IMG/VR virus record: IMGVR_UViG_3300002307_000005
Coordinates: 1 to 56,822 of that record
Origin: a virus
Lineage: Duplodnaviria; Caudoviricetes
DNA: 56,822 nucleotides
Reading direction: 5' to 3' (one strand)
The translations under genes and the position numbers were made by a program. Of the stretch, positions 10,301 to 19,383 are shown one piece after another. The notes under the pieces are model-generated. The model worked only from the letters and a program-made list of their open reading frames with translations, was not told the origin of the DNA and did not search any database. Every line of letters begins with the position of its first letter. Positions within the stretch are counted from its first letter, which is position 1.

Positions 10301-11758
10301 GCTGCAAGTGACGATCCAGTGATGCAGGAGCCTGCACGCTACGACGCAAATGACAGACTGTTGCCGAAGTCAGACGGCACTTATTACGACATCACTCAAA
10401 ATGCTTGGTTTAAACCCTCGGGTGGGTTTGACTTGTCAGGGGTAACCGATCACTCGAATCTTTTCGGCACACCATCCTTGACCTCTGGTACAGCCATTGA
10501 CACTACTGGTGCTTTGGGTGGTGGGAACGGGACTTCTGGCGGTGTTAGCACGCCTGCAGACGATGCCGGAACAATGACCATCATCAGTGATCGTCCGCGA
10601 ACCATCAATGTTGATGACGCGCCAGAAATGGTCATCACCTCGGATCGGCCAACGAAACCCGTCGTCACTACAACAGACGATGACACACCAGAAATGGTTA
10701 TCACTGCAGATCGTCCAGTTCCGCCTGACGATCCCACCATTACACCAACGGTGATCACACCCCCTGTGGTAACACCCCCACCTGTAGTCACTCCGCCACC
10801 CGTGGTGGCTCCGCCACCCGCAGTCGTTCCGCCTGCACCTCCTGCTGTGAAGGTGCCAACTCCAACCACGGGTGGTGGCTCCTACACTGAGCAAAAACTT
10901 AACTCTTCACCTCAATTCCTTGCAGGAGCACCCGTGTACCAAAAGGCACTGCAGTTGGCCGCGCTGCATCAACTCTTCAACTCGCTCACACCTGAGATGC
11001 GTCAGGTGCTGGCAGAACGCGGCATTGAGCCACCAAAAGAAGAACATCCTTCCAAAGAAAAATCTTTTGAAGAGCAGGCGGCAGAATATGGTTACAAACC
11101 ACAAGCCCCGATCATGGAAGCGTCTGGTGGCAGCATTCAGGACTATTTGACCCCCAAATTTGCTTCATCCGCCCCCACCAGTTTGGCGGCAGCGCCTATG
11201 ACCGAACAAAAGTCTCGCATGGGTGCCCTGACGCACCTGAGCCAAGGCCCACTGAAGGCCTCCAGACCGCTCGGAGGACTTGCCCAAGGTGGATTGCCCC
11301 ACAAGTACGCCGAAGCGGCTCCAAAGGGCCATAAACCCGAATTCATCACGGGCCTGACTGGCTACTATGCTCAAGGCGACGGCACAGGCCAGTCCGACGA
11401 CATCCCAGCCATGCTGCACGACGGTGACTATGTGATCGACGCAGACGCTGTGGCGGCGCTGGGGGATGGCTCCAGCAAGGCCGGGGCCGAGGCTTTGGCC
11501 AAGTTCCAATCCAAGGTGCCCCATCGTGACGGTGGCCCCGTCCACGGTCGTCCAGTCGCTGCCAAGATCGCAGACGGCGAGTACGTATTCCCTGAAGCGT
11601 TCGTCACGGCCCTTGGCCATGGCGACAACAAGCAAGGCTCCAAAATGCTGGACGCCATGCGTGAAGAACTGCGGGAGCACAAAAGATCGGCTCCTACCAG
11701 TAAAATCCCTCCAAAGGCAAAAAGTCCACTTGACTATCTCAAGATGGCGAAAGGTTAA
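7325..11758 (+). CDS. Large internal virion/ejection protein (1477 aa) with DUF4214-like repeats
   Basis: A/G/T-rich; two LY..Y.GR..D..GLA.W repeats; duplicated C-terminal DG(D/E)YV..ALG.G module. Confidence 0.6.
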   Translation: MKQTNIDTFEDFVNPLNGLGSVNNVALASGLSGNNTTTLTPAPLANTTANTTANTAADTTLANNNTVAATTTAPAVVSGALPVAGGAADPISDLYTQYAGRAADPSGLAYWRQQFGDTVDPSEVATFQRAVADNVAKGVESTATATNYNPYFTANPDVAAEYLKNTQGMTPEQFAAYHYNTYGKNEGRAAPTGGTTTTSSPVEGVNTSPDALAAANAANTPTTAPAANPTSNTSAAGASSTPTTVEDLYRTYLGREPDAAGLAHWKSLFGDTVDDTERRDFIQNAFGEMSTTHAGSLNPLASQILATSDPTKWTGQGWGSAQNNAYDMARIMASIGITDLKDFGQLPTYQNLETQYTYNGQPATQNPDGSFSVHELVGMTGYDGEPIYQDKTVAAKDVTTHYGTTSFSGGENGDFYFSPVDQSKVITKDGQPVIQTGTTYGNTKTGQAVPSSYGERQTGNAWGGTFAGDGNTGYRVQYDAQGNPHFYTTYASSNSLMNLLADNPVLNVAANLAAAYFGGPAGVAALNAAEGKSGEDVLKAGVTAYLGGELTNGLTDGTSVGPEVTSPTIADLTGTNAPLNFTGAGNGAWLGATEDLAAAGASTASAGGLPSTAGNIANTTTGALDAANTAGNAVSTAGTAGANAASTAASTASSATAGAAGTAAGTAGQSMAMRIGTSLGLEGTAANMAGNALLRGGLSSAMGGNFATGAVTGGLMGFASPQQLGGLVTESLSQAGIEIPAGAAAQTAIGNTIYGTLMNGGDLKLALKNAVAGYAGDKVANSDTVSNFIKDNNISGTLAATIRGGLSGAASSAVKGNDILTGAVSGAGASAVSNLANGYLKDAGVSPANATALSKAASTFAAQKLSGATDYNAFVAATLAGGSASLAKQAVQDINKIPAENMGNQSSIRASTDVDALQRQFDTQYTDATAAGGLPNSTDTVQTPGGLQLAAAGAGTASDAGNGIFRVEGSGAPIYADSNNASGVRPPPGYALAASDDPVMQEPARYDANDRLLPKSDGTYYDITQNAWFKPSGGFDLSGVTDHSNLFGTPSLTSGTAIDTTGALGGGNGTSGGVSTPADDAGTMTIISDRPRTINVDDAPEMVITSDRPTKPVVTTTDDDTPEMVITADRPVPPDDPTITPTVITPPVVTPPPVVTPPPVVAPPPAVVPPAPPAVKVPTPTTGGGSYTEQKLNSSPQFLAGAPVYQKALQLAALHQLFNSLTPEMRQVLAERGIEPPKEEHPSKEKSFEEQAAEYGYKPQAPIMEASGGSIQDYLTPKFASSAPTSLAAAPMTEQKSRMGALTHLSQGPLKASRPLGGLAQGGLPHKYAEAAPKGHKPEFITGLTGYYAQGDGTGQSDDIPAMLHDGDYVIDADAVAALGDGSSKAGAEALAKFQSKVPHRDGGPVHGRPVAAKIADGEYVFPEAFVTALGHGDNKQGSKMLDAMREELREHKRSAPTSKIPPKAKSPLDYLKMAKG

Positions 11759-11760
11759 AA

Positions 11761-12882
11761 ATGGCAAACCTCCTGCAAAGTTCCCAAACTCAAGCCACCA
11801 CGGCTCCGAGTTTTTTTACCGACTATCTCAACAACATTGCCAAAACTGGGCAGACACAAGCTGGGATCAATGCACAAGGTCAATACGATCCGACGCTTGG
11901 TGCTCAGTACGTCGGTGCCCAGCCCCTGCAACAGCAAGCCTTTGATCAGGTCAGTGATGCCGCCTCGGCCTTCAAGCCCACGCTGACTGCGGCGGGCAAC
12001 ACGTTGTCGTCGGCAGCAAGCGCATCAAGCCCACTGTCTGCCGCTTCGCCATACCTGCAGGAGGCCAGCGGCGATGTGGGTGCTGCCGCATCCGGTCTCA
12101 TGAGTCCGTACATGACCAATGTGGTCAACGCGATTGGTGACACTGGCCAGCGCAACATCATGCAGAACTTGGCACCGCAAGCCACTTCAGGCGCGGTGGG
12201 TTCTGGCCAGTTTGGCTCCAAGCGCGGTGCCGAAGTTCTTGGTCAGACAATCAGCAATGCCGACCGCGACATCCTGAACCAGCAGTACCAAGCGATGAAT
12301 ACGGGCTACAACACAGCCCTGCAAACCGCCTTGGCACAAAAGCAACTGGAAGGAACGCTGGGCAGCACTGCAGGTCAGTTGACCTCTGCAGGAACTCAAA
12401 ACCTGATCAACGCTGGTGCGCAGCAGGGCCAGTTGGCATCGACCAACCAAGCCCTGAACTTGGCTGACATCAACGCTTTGGCGACCTTGGGTGGCCAGCA
12501 GCAGACCATTGCTCAGAACAAGGAACTGTTCCCGCTGACCAACCTGTCGACGTTGTCAGGGTTGATTCGCGGCTACAACGTGCCAACAACGACCACAACA
12601 ACCGCCGAGTCTTCGCCGCTGTCCGCATTGGCTGGCCTCACTGCTGGCGCCGCTGGCTTGTTCACGCCGGGGCCAAATGGCGTCACACCATGGACTGGTT
12701 TGAGCACCGCCTTGGGGAATGCTGGCAACACGGTGTCTGGCTGGTTTGGAAACACCGGAAGCACTGGCGATTTGACAGCCAATGCACCCGTTATCTCTGG
12801 CGGAAACCTGACTGGCCCCGGCTCAGATTATTCGGGCGGCACCGTCACAGGTGCGGATGGCACCGTGCTGTATCAGCCGTAA
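11761..12882 (+). CDS. DNA transfer (ejection) protein
   Basis: Q/A/G-rich, MSPYMTNVV and GQFGSKRG motifs, hydrophobic C-terminal segment. Confidence 0.6.
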   Translation: MANLLQSSQTQATTAPSFFTDYLNNIAKTGQTQAGINAQGQYDPTLGAQYVGAQPLQQQAFDQVSDAASAFKPTLTAAGNTLSSAASASSPLSAASPYLQEASGDVGAAASGLMSPYMTNVVNAIGDTGQRNIMQNLAPQATSGAVGSGQFGSKRGAEVLGQTISNADRDILNQQYQAMNTGYNTALQTALAQKQLEGTLGSTAGQLTSAGTQNLINAGAQQGQLASTNQALNLADINALATLGGQQQTIAQNKELFPLTNLSTLSGLIRGYNVPTTTTTTAESSPLSALAGLTAGAAGLFTPGPNGVTPWTGLSTALGNAGNTVSGWFGNTGSTGDLTANAPVISGGNLTGPGSDYSGGTVTGADGTVLYQP

Positions 12883-12898
12883 CTCAAAGGATTGAATC

Positions 12899-14374
12899 AT
12901 GTCGACCCAAGAAATCAAGGCCGCACTGGCCTCCGATCCGTCAAAGATCAATCCCACTGGTGCGCAGCCAGAAGATTTGTCCGAGTACCAACAGTCTTTG
13001 CAGGAGCAAATCAGGGCTTTGGAGAAGCGGTACGAAAACCCCAACTGGTTCAAGGTGGCCGCAGGCTTTTTGAAGCCTCAGTTGGGCGGCTTTGCTGCGT
13101 CTCTTGGATCGGCCACCGAGGCGCTTGGTGAGAATGTCGAGCAGCAACGTGCTGCAGCACTTCCAATCGCCCAGATGCGCTCACAGTTGGCTCAGTCCAA
13201 AATTTTGACGGGCCAAAACAAAACGCAGTCCGAGGAATTCGAGGCGTGGCGTGCCACAGGCAAGCCAATGGACGCTCCAACGTACAGCCGCATCGTGTCG
13301 TTGAACCCCGAGTCGCCAGTGGCCAAGGCTGCGCAGAAGTTCTACGAAGGTGCCAAGTCCACATTGGAAATCACCACCGGGGCCACAGCCGCGCAAGGCA
13401 AAGACCCGATGATGAACGTCATGCACTTGGTCTACGGTGGCAAGCCGATGAACGAGCAGCAGATGGCTCAGGTCGAGCAGACCATCAATGCCAACAAGCC
13501 ACCACAGATCGACCAGAACACTTGGAACGGTCTGGATCGCTACGCCAAGATGGAGGCTGCACGCGAGTACGCCAAAGCACAAACCGCAATCGGCCTGTCC
13601 GAAGAGGAGAAGTCACGCGAACAAGCCAAGGGTGCATACGACCGCATGCCACTGCTGCGCAACATCCGAGAACTGGCGCTTGGCCAAGGCATTCCAGAAA
13701 CCAAGGATGCGTCTGGCAAGACTGTTTCTGGCCAAGAACAGATGGCCAACGCCCTCAATTATTTTGGTGGCAGCAATCCCATCGAAGTGCTGGCGCGTGC
13801 CGCTGCTGATGGCAAGCTGGGTGACAAGTTGGCCGGGTTTGACACTTATGCCCGTCAAATGAATATGTCGCCACAAGTGCGCGATGACTTCCAAAAGCTG
13901 GTCAAGCTGCTGGCGGAAAATCAAGTGTCTTTGCGCAACGCTTCGACCAATCCAACGGATGCATTTTCGTCAATGCAGACAATGTCGTCGCCCAACATTG
14001 GCAACTCGCAAAAGTCTTTGGTGACGCTGGTGGACTTGATTGGTCACGGCGAAAAGCATGCTCAAGAGCGCCACAACTACATGATCAACAGCAACGTGCC
14101 TGCGCGTCAGTTGCGGCTTGATCCCAAGTTCAAGACCTTGGAGGCTGGCTTTGCTGACGAGCACTCGCGCATTGCCCTGCAAGACCCTAGCAAGGCCACG
14201 CCATCGTGGTACTCGCCTCGCACTGGCACGGAGGCCGCGCCTGCCGCAGCCGTTCGCCCAGCATCCACGGCACCTGCAGCATCTGGCTCCAAGCCAGCAT
14301 TCCAGTTGCCTTCTGGCTTTGAGCGTGATCCAACCGACCCAACAGGCCGACGCATTCGGAGAGTTCAGCAATGA
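12899..14374 (+). CDS. Ejection protein
   Basis: Helical 491 aa, GGFAASLGSA amphipathic N-terminal motif; synteny. Confidence 0.55.
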   Translation: MSTQEIKAALASDPSKINPTGAQPEDLSEYQQSLQEQIRALEKRYENPNWFKVAAGFLKPQLGGFAASLGSATEALGENVEQQRAAALPIAQMRSQLAQSKILTGQNKTQSEEFEAWRATGKPMDAPTYSRIVSLNPESPVAKAAQKFYEGAKSTLEITTGATAAQGKDPMMNVMHLVYGGKPMNEQQMAQVEQTINANKPPQIDQNTWNGLDRYAKMEAAREYAKAQTAIGLSEEEKSREQAKGAYDRMPLLRNIRELALGQGIPETKDASGKTVSGQEQMANALNYFGGSNPIEVLARAAADGKLGDKLAGFDTYARQMNMSPQVRDDFQKLVKLLAENQVSLRNASTNPTDAFSSMQTMSSPNIGNSQKSLVTLVDLIGHGEKHAQERHNYMINSNVPARQLRLDPKFKTLEAGFADEHSRIALQDPSKATPSWYSPRTGTEAAPAAAVRPASTAPAASGSKPAFQLPSGFERDPTDPTGRRIRRVQQ

Positions 14375-15744
14375 CCACACGGGCAGAATTCAACAACAAT
14401 CCGGGAAACATCCGTCCACCCAAGGGGATGGATTCGGCAAAACACTATCCCGGATTGATTGCAATTGATGACAAGGGTTTTGGCATCTTTGAATCGCCCG
14501 AAATGGGTCGCAAAGCCCTTGAAGATGACATCCGTCACAAGCTGAAAAAGGGCTACGACACCCCAGACTCATTCATTGATCGCTACACCCCTCAAGGCGA
14601 CGAAAACAATGAGCATGGGCGCACCAACTACAAAGCCTATTTGATGGATCAAACGGGCTTGCAAAGCTCGGGAGACAAGTTCAATGAGAAGGATGTGGCC
14701 AAGATCGCAAATGCCATTTCAGCCTTTGAGCATGGTGGATGGAAATTCGGTGAGCCTGCGCCGACCCCTGACTATGCGCAGCCCCTGAAGGTCGAAGAGG
14801 TCACAGAAGAGGCTCCGGCAGTTGTGGAAACTGTGCCATCAACAAGCACTGTGTCTTCCATCGAAACGCCTGTGGATAGGACTGGCTTGAGCATCATGGG
14901 AGGCGGTATTGGGGCTGGCGTAGGCACCACTGGCTTGGCCACGCAAAAGGGCGTGGAGTTGGCCATGAGGCTCAAAAACCGCCTGACTGGCAGTCACCCC
15001 GTGACAGCGGCCATGGACTTGGCTGATCAAGCCCTTGCGCATGGCGACCTCCCCCCAGCCCAAGGCCCAGCCGCCGCAAAGAACACTGGCACATACAACT
15101 ACGCCAAGAAATTTGGCCTGACCAACACCGAAGCGGCTCGTGCGGTGGATATGTCAAAAGGGCCGGGCGGAGCTTGGGACTTAGTTCACCAGATGAATGA
15201 GGCCAGCGCCAAGATCGGCCCCGGCTACACATCCATCCCCGAGCGTTCTGATATTTTGTTGGACACCAGCGCTGGCTCTGGCCCCCGTGGCCAAACAAAA
15301 ACCTATGTGCCCGGCGTAACCTCAGGCCCAAAAGTTGGTTTGCCACCGACGCCATTTGAAGCCCCCCTGACAAATGCCGCCAAGTTCATGGGGGAGGCCG
15401 CATCAAAAGCCGCTCCCTACCTTGCCCCTGCAGCGCGTGTGGGCCTGAGCGGCTTGGGTGGCGTGCTGGGTGCCAATCAACTCTATGACACAGCACAGTC
15501 GTACCGCGCACATCCCGGATACATGCCGTCGCCGCGAGAAATCGCCAAAGGCTTGAGTGGTCTGGGTGGTGTGGCTGCTATGGCCCCGTTTGGGGTAACG
15601 CAAGCTGCTGGCGCACTGGCTCAAATTCCGCAAATGGGTGTTGAGTTTTACGACTGGTTGCGCCACAACAAAAATAACGCAACCAAAGAGTCGACGCAGC
15701 GCATGCTGGAGAATGTCGACCCAATGGGAAATCCGCTTCCTTGA
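14371..15744 (+). CDS. Ejection protein with N-terminal NNPGNI lysozyme-like domain
   Basis: NNNPGNIR...F.SPEMG...RYTP..ENN...Y pattern of virion muramidase-like domains. Confidence 0.6.
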   Translation: MTTRAEFNNNPGNIRPPKGMDSAKHYPGLIAIDDKGFGIFESPEMGRKALEDDIRHKLKKGYDTPDSFIDRYTPQGDENNEHGRTNYKAYLMDQTGLQSSGDKFNEKDVAKIANAISAFEHGGWKFGEPAPTPDYAQPLKVEEVTEEAPAVVETVPSTSTVSSIETPVDRTGLSIMGGGIGAGVGTTGLATQKGVELAMRLKNRLTGSHPVTAAMDLADQALAHGDLPPAQGPAAAKNTGTYNYAKKFGLTNTEAARAVDMSKGPGGAWDLVHQMNEASAKIGPGYTSIPERSDILLDTSAGSGPRGQTKTYVPGVTSGPKVGLPPTPFEAPLTNAAKFMGEAASKAAPYLAPAARVGLSGLGGVLGANQLYDTAQSYRAHPGYMPSPREIAKGLSGLGGVAAMAPFGVTQAAGALAQIPQMGVEFYDWLRHNKNNATKESTQRMLENVDPMGNPLP

Positions 15745-15789
15745 TCACGACGGCTGTCTCCCCGCCGTGAACCCTGTAGGGGGTTTATT

Positions 15790-15822
15790 GACCTCCCGCC
15801 CAAAAAGCGGGAGGTCTTTTTT
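15790..15822 (+). terminator. Rho-independent terminator between convergent operons
   Basis: GACCTCCCGC / GCGGGAGGTC 10-bp stem followed by T6. Confidence 0.85.
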
Positions 15823-15876
15823 AAGACAACATTCCGATCACAAATCCAACCGCCAAGGCTGTCAAGATCAAGTGGA

Positions 15877-16347
15877 TCATGCCTTGCCCCGCACCTGTTG
15901 GATGCGCTCGGCCACCAGATGGTTGACTGAGCGTGCCACTTCGATGCACTTGGCGCGTTCTTGCAAGGCAATGACTGGCGTGGCCGCTGCTGCAAAGGCG
16001 TTGGCCAGCTTCACCAAGTCCTCTTCAAGGAAGTTGTAATTCTCTTCCAGCATCACGGTGCGGAACGCTGCACCGACTTGCTCGGGCGTCAGCAATGACA
16101 CAGGATCAGACATGCTCGAGGTGGGCTTGTAGGCCCGTTCAAACACTTCCTTGGGTGACCAAGAGATATACCCCTTGAAGTTGGGATGGTTGGCTTGGCC
16201 ACCGTCCGTGTATTCGACGAGGTACCCAGCGTCATCACCATTCTCGTCGGTGAAGAGTTCCCAGCCTCGGAGGATGTTGTACGCCGCACGGGTCATGTCG
16301 ATGGCGTTGATCAGCTTGGTGCCGATGTATGGTTTCATGTCGCTCAT
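15877..16347 (-). CDS. Two-domain protein with N-terminal GYLVEY...SWSPK.VFE.AY phage domain
   Basis: RBS GAGGAA before MSDMKPYIGTK; motif recalled from proteins fused to DUF2829/Tad2-type domains. Confidence 0.6.
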   Translation of the reverse strand: MSDMKPYIGTKLINAIDMTRAAYNILRGWELFTDENGDDAGYLVEYTDGGQANHPNFKGYISWSPKEVFERAYKPTSSMSDPVSLLTPEQVGAAFRTVMLEENYNFLEEDLVKLANAFAAAATPVIALQERAKCIEVARSVNHLVAERIQQVRGKA

Positions 16348-16354
16348 GGTTTCC

Positions 16355-17158
16355 TCACTTGATGTGAACAAAGGGGGTGACTTGGCCGGGCATGGTGGAT
16401 GGCAGCTTGCCGTCCCACTTTTCGATGGCCTTCAGTTCGACGTACTCACGGCCACCTTGCGAGGTGATCGCAGCAGCACGCAGTCGGATCGCGTCGGCAT
16501 CGCCTTGGGCTTCAACACGCTTGCGGTCAGCTTCAGCCTTGGCGAACTCGACTTCCTTTTGCTTGGCGGCAATCTGGAAGTTGCGGTTGGCGGCTTCTTT
16601 GATGGACGCCTCAAGCGCAGGGTCTGTCACCAAGTTGCGCACGTTGGCAGAGCGAACAAAGAACCAGCCCTTGCCTGCGCTGTCATCCAGATCGGCTTGC
16701 AGTGCCTTAACAACGTCTGCAGCAATCGACACACGCTCAGTGTGGACGGTGTCGCTGCCGTACTTGGCGATGGCGTTGTAGATGGCCTCACGGGCTTGAC
16801 GTGTCACGTAGTTGTTGCCAACACGCACACCGTCTTCGCCCTTCATTTCGGCCATGTCGCCGGGCCAGCGGGTCATGATGTCCGCAGCCTTAGCTGGGTC
16901 GATTTGATAGTAGATGTCCACGTCCAAGTCGGCCAGTGTGATCTTGTCTTTGGTCTGCGGCTTCATGTCGTCCATCTTGAGAAGCAGTTCTTTGGCCGAG
17001 ACCTCAGTCACACGCTTGAAGACGGTCATGTACACGCCGGGCGGCATGGTCTCTTTTTTGACCTGCCCCATGGTGGACTCGACGCCGATGTTTCCGGTGT
17101 CGATTTGGGTGCATGCGGACATGCCTAGCACCGCGAGAATTGCCAGTAATTTTTTCAT
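16355..17158 (-). CDS. SPFH/prohibitin (band 7) domain lipoprotein
   Basis: MKKLLAILAVLGMSAC lipobox; IDTGNIGV; C-terminal AEADRKRVEAQGDADA...IEKWDGKLP. Confidence 0.85.
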   Translation of the reverse strand: MKKLLAILAVLGMSACTQIDTGNIGVESTMGQVKKETMPPGVYMTVFKRVTEVSAKELLLKMDDMKPQTKDKITLADLDVDIYYQIDPAKAADIMTRWPGDMAEMKGEDGVRVGNNYVTRQAREAIYNAIAKYGSDTVHTERVSIAADVVKALQADLDDSAGKGWFFVRSANVRNLVTDPALEASIKEAANRNFQIAAKQKEVEFAKAEADRKRVEAQGDADAIRLRAAAITSQGGREYVELKAIEKWDGKLPSTMPGQVTPFVHIK

Positions 17159-17168
17159 GATTTTCCAG

Positions 17169-17360
17169 TCAGAGAATGTTGATTGATCCGTTGTGCGCAG
17201 CGAAGAACAGGCCAGCCCAAAGGCCGAACCAAATTGCAATCACCACACCAGCGTGCCGCAACAAAAAGTCCTTCACGAAGAACTTTGTGCGGAACGGTGT
17301 GTACTGCCAGCCCAAGTAAACCAAGACCAGCAGCGTCAGCAGCAGGATGAAATGTTTCAC
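17169..17360 (-). CDS. Small two-TM membrane protein
   Basis: GTG start; two hydrophobic stretches. Confidence 0.55.
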   Translation of the reverse strand: MKHFILLLTLLVLVYLGWQYTPFRTKFFVKDFLLRHAGVVIAIWFGLWAGLFFAAHNGSINIL

Positions 17361-17364
17361 AGCT

Positions 17365-17532
17365 TCACCACCAGCCGAACCAGATACCTGTGCCGTGAAT
17401 GTTTGCCACGGGGAACACCAAAGCACCAGCCAAGAGGAACCCCCATGCGGAAGTCTTGATGCAGACAACCACATGGGTGAGCCATGACCCGATGATCCAG
17501 CAAATAAATGCCAATCCGATCAGCGAGTCCAT
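17365..17532 (-). CDS. Small membrane protein (55 aa, MDSLIGLAFICWIIGSWLTHVVVC...)
   Basis: Fills gap, upstream GGAG; below ORF-track cutoff. Confidence 0.6.
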   Translation of the reverse strand: MDSLIGLAFICWIIGSWLTHVVVCIKTSAWGFLLAGALVFPVANIHGTGIWFGWW

Positions 17533-17535
17533 GGA

Positions 17536-17742
17536 TTACTCCATACCGGACAGTTCTTGCTGCTCGGGTGCTTTGAAGTTCTCGACCTCAACGCCTTTTT
17601 GCATCAACTCCACCAGATCGGTCTGGGAAGCCACATGGGCGTGGATCGTGTTGTGCGCCACATGGGCGATTGCTTGGGACTTGGTGTTTGCGTTCACCAG
17701 ACGGATGCCAGTGGGGCCACCAACTACATAAATACGTGCCAT
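17536..17742 (-). CDS. Hypothetical protein (68 aa)
   Basis: Start MARIYVV after GGAG RBS. Confidence 0.65.
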   Translation of the reverse strand: MARIYVVGGPTGIRLVNANTKSQAIAHVAHNTIHAHVASQTDLVELMQKGVEVENFKAPEQQELSGME

Positions 17743-17744
17743 GA

Positions 17745-18533
17745 TCAGACTCCAAATTTGTTTTTCAATTGCCAGAAGGACAGCAGGGCTTGGAACATTT
17801 TCCAGCCGCGCTGAAGGTCTTCTTCGCTCCATTCCTTGACCTTCACGAGGCCGGGATAGGACACAGAAGCGAAGACGTTTGCGCACCGTGCATTGGGCAT
17901 ACCCACGCCGATTCGATAAGCGGCAAGTTGCATCAGGTGCTCGTCATACGCCGGGACTTCATTGTCGGGGCCAAACTCTTTGGTTTTGGCGTCCAACATG
18001 ATGCCCACAGGCGCAGATTCGTCAGGGCGGGTAAAGAGGTCAGTCTTACCGCCGAAGCCCAGAGGGTGAGAAAACGAGACTTCCGTCTCCCAGTTCTGGA
18101 ATGGGTGAGTTTTGAAGTGGTTGAACACGGCCTCCTCAAAGCCCTTGGCGATGTCATCGTGCTCGACAGGGCGCACCCCGCTGTACCACATTTCAATCGA
18201 CTCATGGACTCGTGTGCCACGTTCTGCTGCAGCCTTGGCGGTCGATTTGGAATCCATTACCACTCGGGCAATGAATTCCTTCTCGGTCTCGCCATCGACC
18301 CGTGGAAGGGTCAATGCGGCCAGAAGCAGTTGTTCGTTCTTCCAAACGTCCAAACCGGGCTTTGCAGCCACTTTCATGATCGTGGTGACCGAGGGCACCA
18401 GATTCATTTTTCGTGCGTCCCTGAGGGTCGTAGGACGGTCTGAGCCATCCTTTGCCTTCACGGTGTACTGTGGCTGGCCGTCTGCACCGCGATACCAGTG
18501 CGTACTCTCAGCCGCTCTCACAATAATTGTCAT
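17745..18533 (-). CDS. PD-(D/E)xK exonuclease (recombination nuclease)
   Basis: PSVTTI, RGT.VH, E...GFGGKTD...LDAKTK and QLAAY motifs. Confidence 0.8.
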   Translation of the reverse strand: MTIIVRAAESTHWYRGADGQPQYTVKAKDGSDRPTTLRDARKMNLVPSVTTIMKVAAKPGLDVWKNEQLLLAALTLPRVDGETEKEFIARVVMDSKSTAKAAAERGTRVHESIEMWYSGVRPVEHDDIAKGFEEAVFNHFKTHPFQNWETEVSFSHPLGFGGKTDLFTRPDESAPVGIMLDAKTKEFGPDNEVPAYDEHLMQLAAYRIGVGMPNARCANVFASVSYPGLVKVKEWSEEDLQRGWKMFQALLSFWQLKNKFGV

Positions 18534-18543
18534 ACTTTATACC

Positions 18544-19188
18544 TCAGAAAGGTATATCAGAGTCGTCTTCATCCAGCGCAGGGGCTGCTGGCGCTGCAGG
18601 AGCAGATGCTTTGCCGTTCAGCTTTTCCCACTCGGGCGTAGACATGATCTTCTTCTTCAGGTTTTCGCTGAAGGTGTTGAACATTTCCATGTCGGGATCA
18701 CTGAGCATGAACACTTCGTTCTTGTTCACGGCAGTGGGCAGGCCAGCTTGCTTGATCATGGATGGCACGGGCGTGATGCCGTTGATGTTGACGTACATCT
18801 TGCCGTCTGCGCCTTGCTTCTCGATCACGTTCAGCATGCACCACGCACCCAAGACGGTCTTGAGGTCGAAGCGGCGCATTTCTTCTGCGGAGAAGGGCTT
18901 ACCGCGCCATGACTGAAGGTCAGCACGCAGGTTGGCTTTCTCAGACCACGACATGGTGTAGTTCTTGAACATGGCGAACGGGCGACCGTCCCGCATCTTC
19001 AGTACGTTGCCTGCATCATCTTGGCCGTGGATTTCCCAGCCCATCATGATCTTGCGCAGGTACTTGACTTGGCCAAGGTACTCGGACTTCTGCGTGCCCA
19101 GATCAATGATCCGGTAGCAGCGTGCCAAGTGCAGGCCAGAGGGTGTGGACTCGAAAGAACCACCAGTGTCTTCAACATAAAAGGACAT
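18544..19188 (-). CDS. Putative ssDNA-binding protein
   Basis: Acidic C-terminal tail EDDSDIPF; adjacent to exonuclease. Confidence 0.65.
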   Translation of the reverse strand: MSFYVEDTGGSFESTPSGLHLARCYRIIDLGTQKSEYLGQVKYLRKIMMGWEIHGQDDAGNVLKMRDGRPFAMFKNYTMSWSEKANLRADLQSWRGKPFSAEEMRRFDLKTVLGAWCMLNVIEKQGADGKMYVNINGITPVPSMIKQAGLPTAVNKNEVFMLSDPDMEMFNTFSENLKKKIMSTPEWEKLNGKASAPAAPAAPALDEDDSDIPF

Positions 19189-19280
19189 TAAGGTCTCCAA
19201 AAAATGACATCACAGATGACGATGATTGCGCCGATAGCACACGTCAGCATCAACAACTTGTCTTGCAATTCATCACTCAT
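19188..19280 (-). CDS. 30-aa single-TM peptide
   Basis: MSDELQDKLLMLTCAIGAIIVICDVIFWRP; AGGAG RBS; stop overlaps SSB start. Confidence 0.45.
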   Translation of the reverse strand: MSDELQDKLLMLTCAIGAIIVICDVIFWRP

Positions 19281-19316
19281 GTAATGCTCCTAAACCCGGC
19301 AACATCGCCGTGCCTG

Positions 19317-19337
19317 AACTATAACACAAAATTAAAG
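19317..19337 (-). promoter_or_regulatory. Leftward promoter, variant of repeated promoter motif
   Basis: Reverse strand CTTTAATTTTGTGTTATAGTT, 17/21 identical to the copy at 25159; extended -10 TGtTATAGT. Confidence 0.6.
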
Positions 19338-19347
19338 AGCGCAAGGC

Positions 19348-19375
19348 TTGCTCAAACAAAAAGTTTTGGTACACT
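19348..19375 (+). promoter_or_regulatory. Rightward sigma70-type promoter for Cro-like gene
   Basis: TTGCTC-N16-TACACT with TG extension. Confidence 0.5.
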
Positions 19376-19383
19376 GAGGCCGC

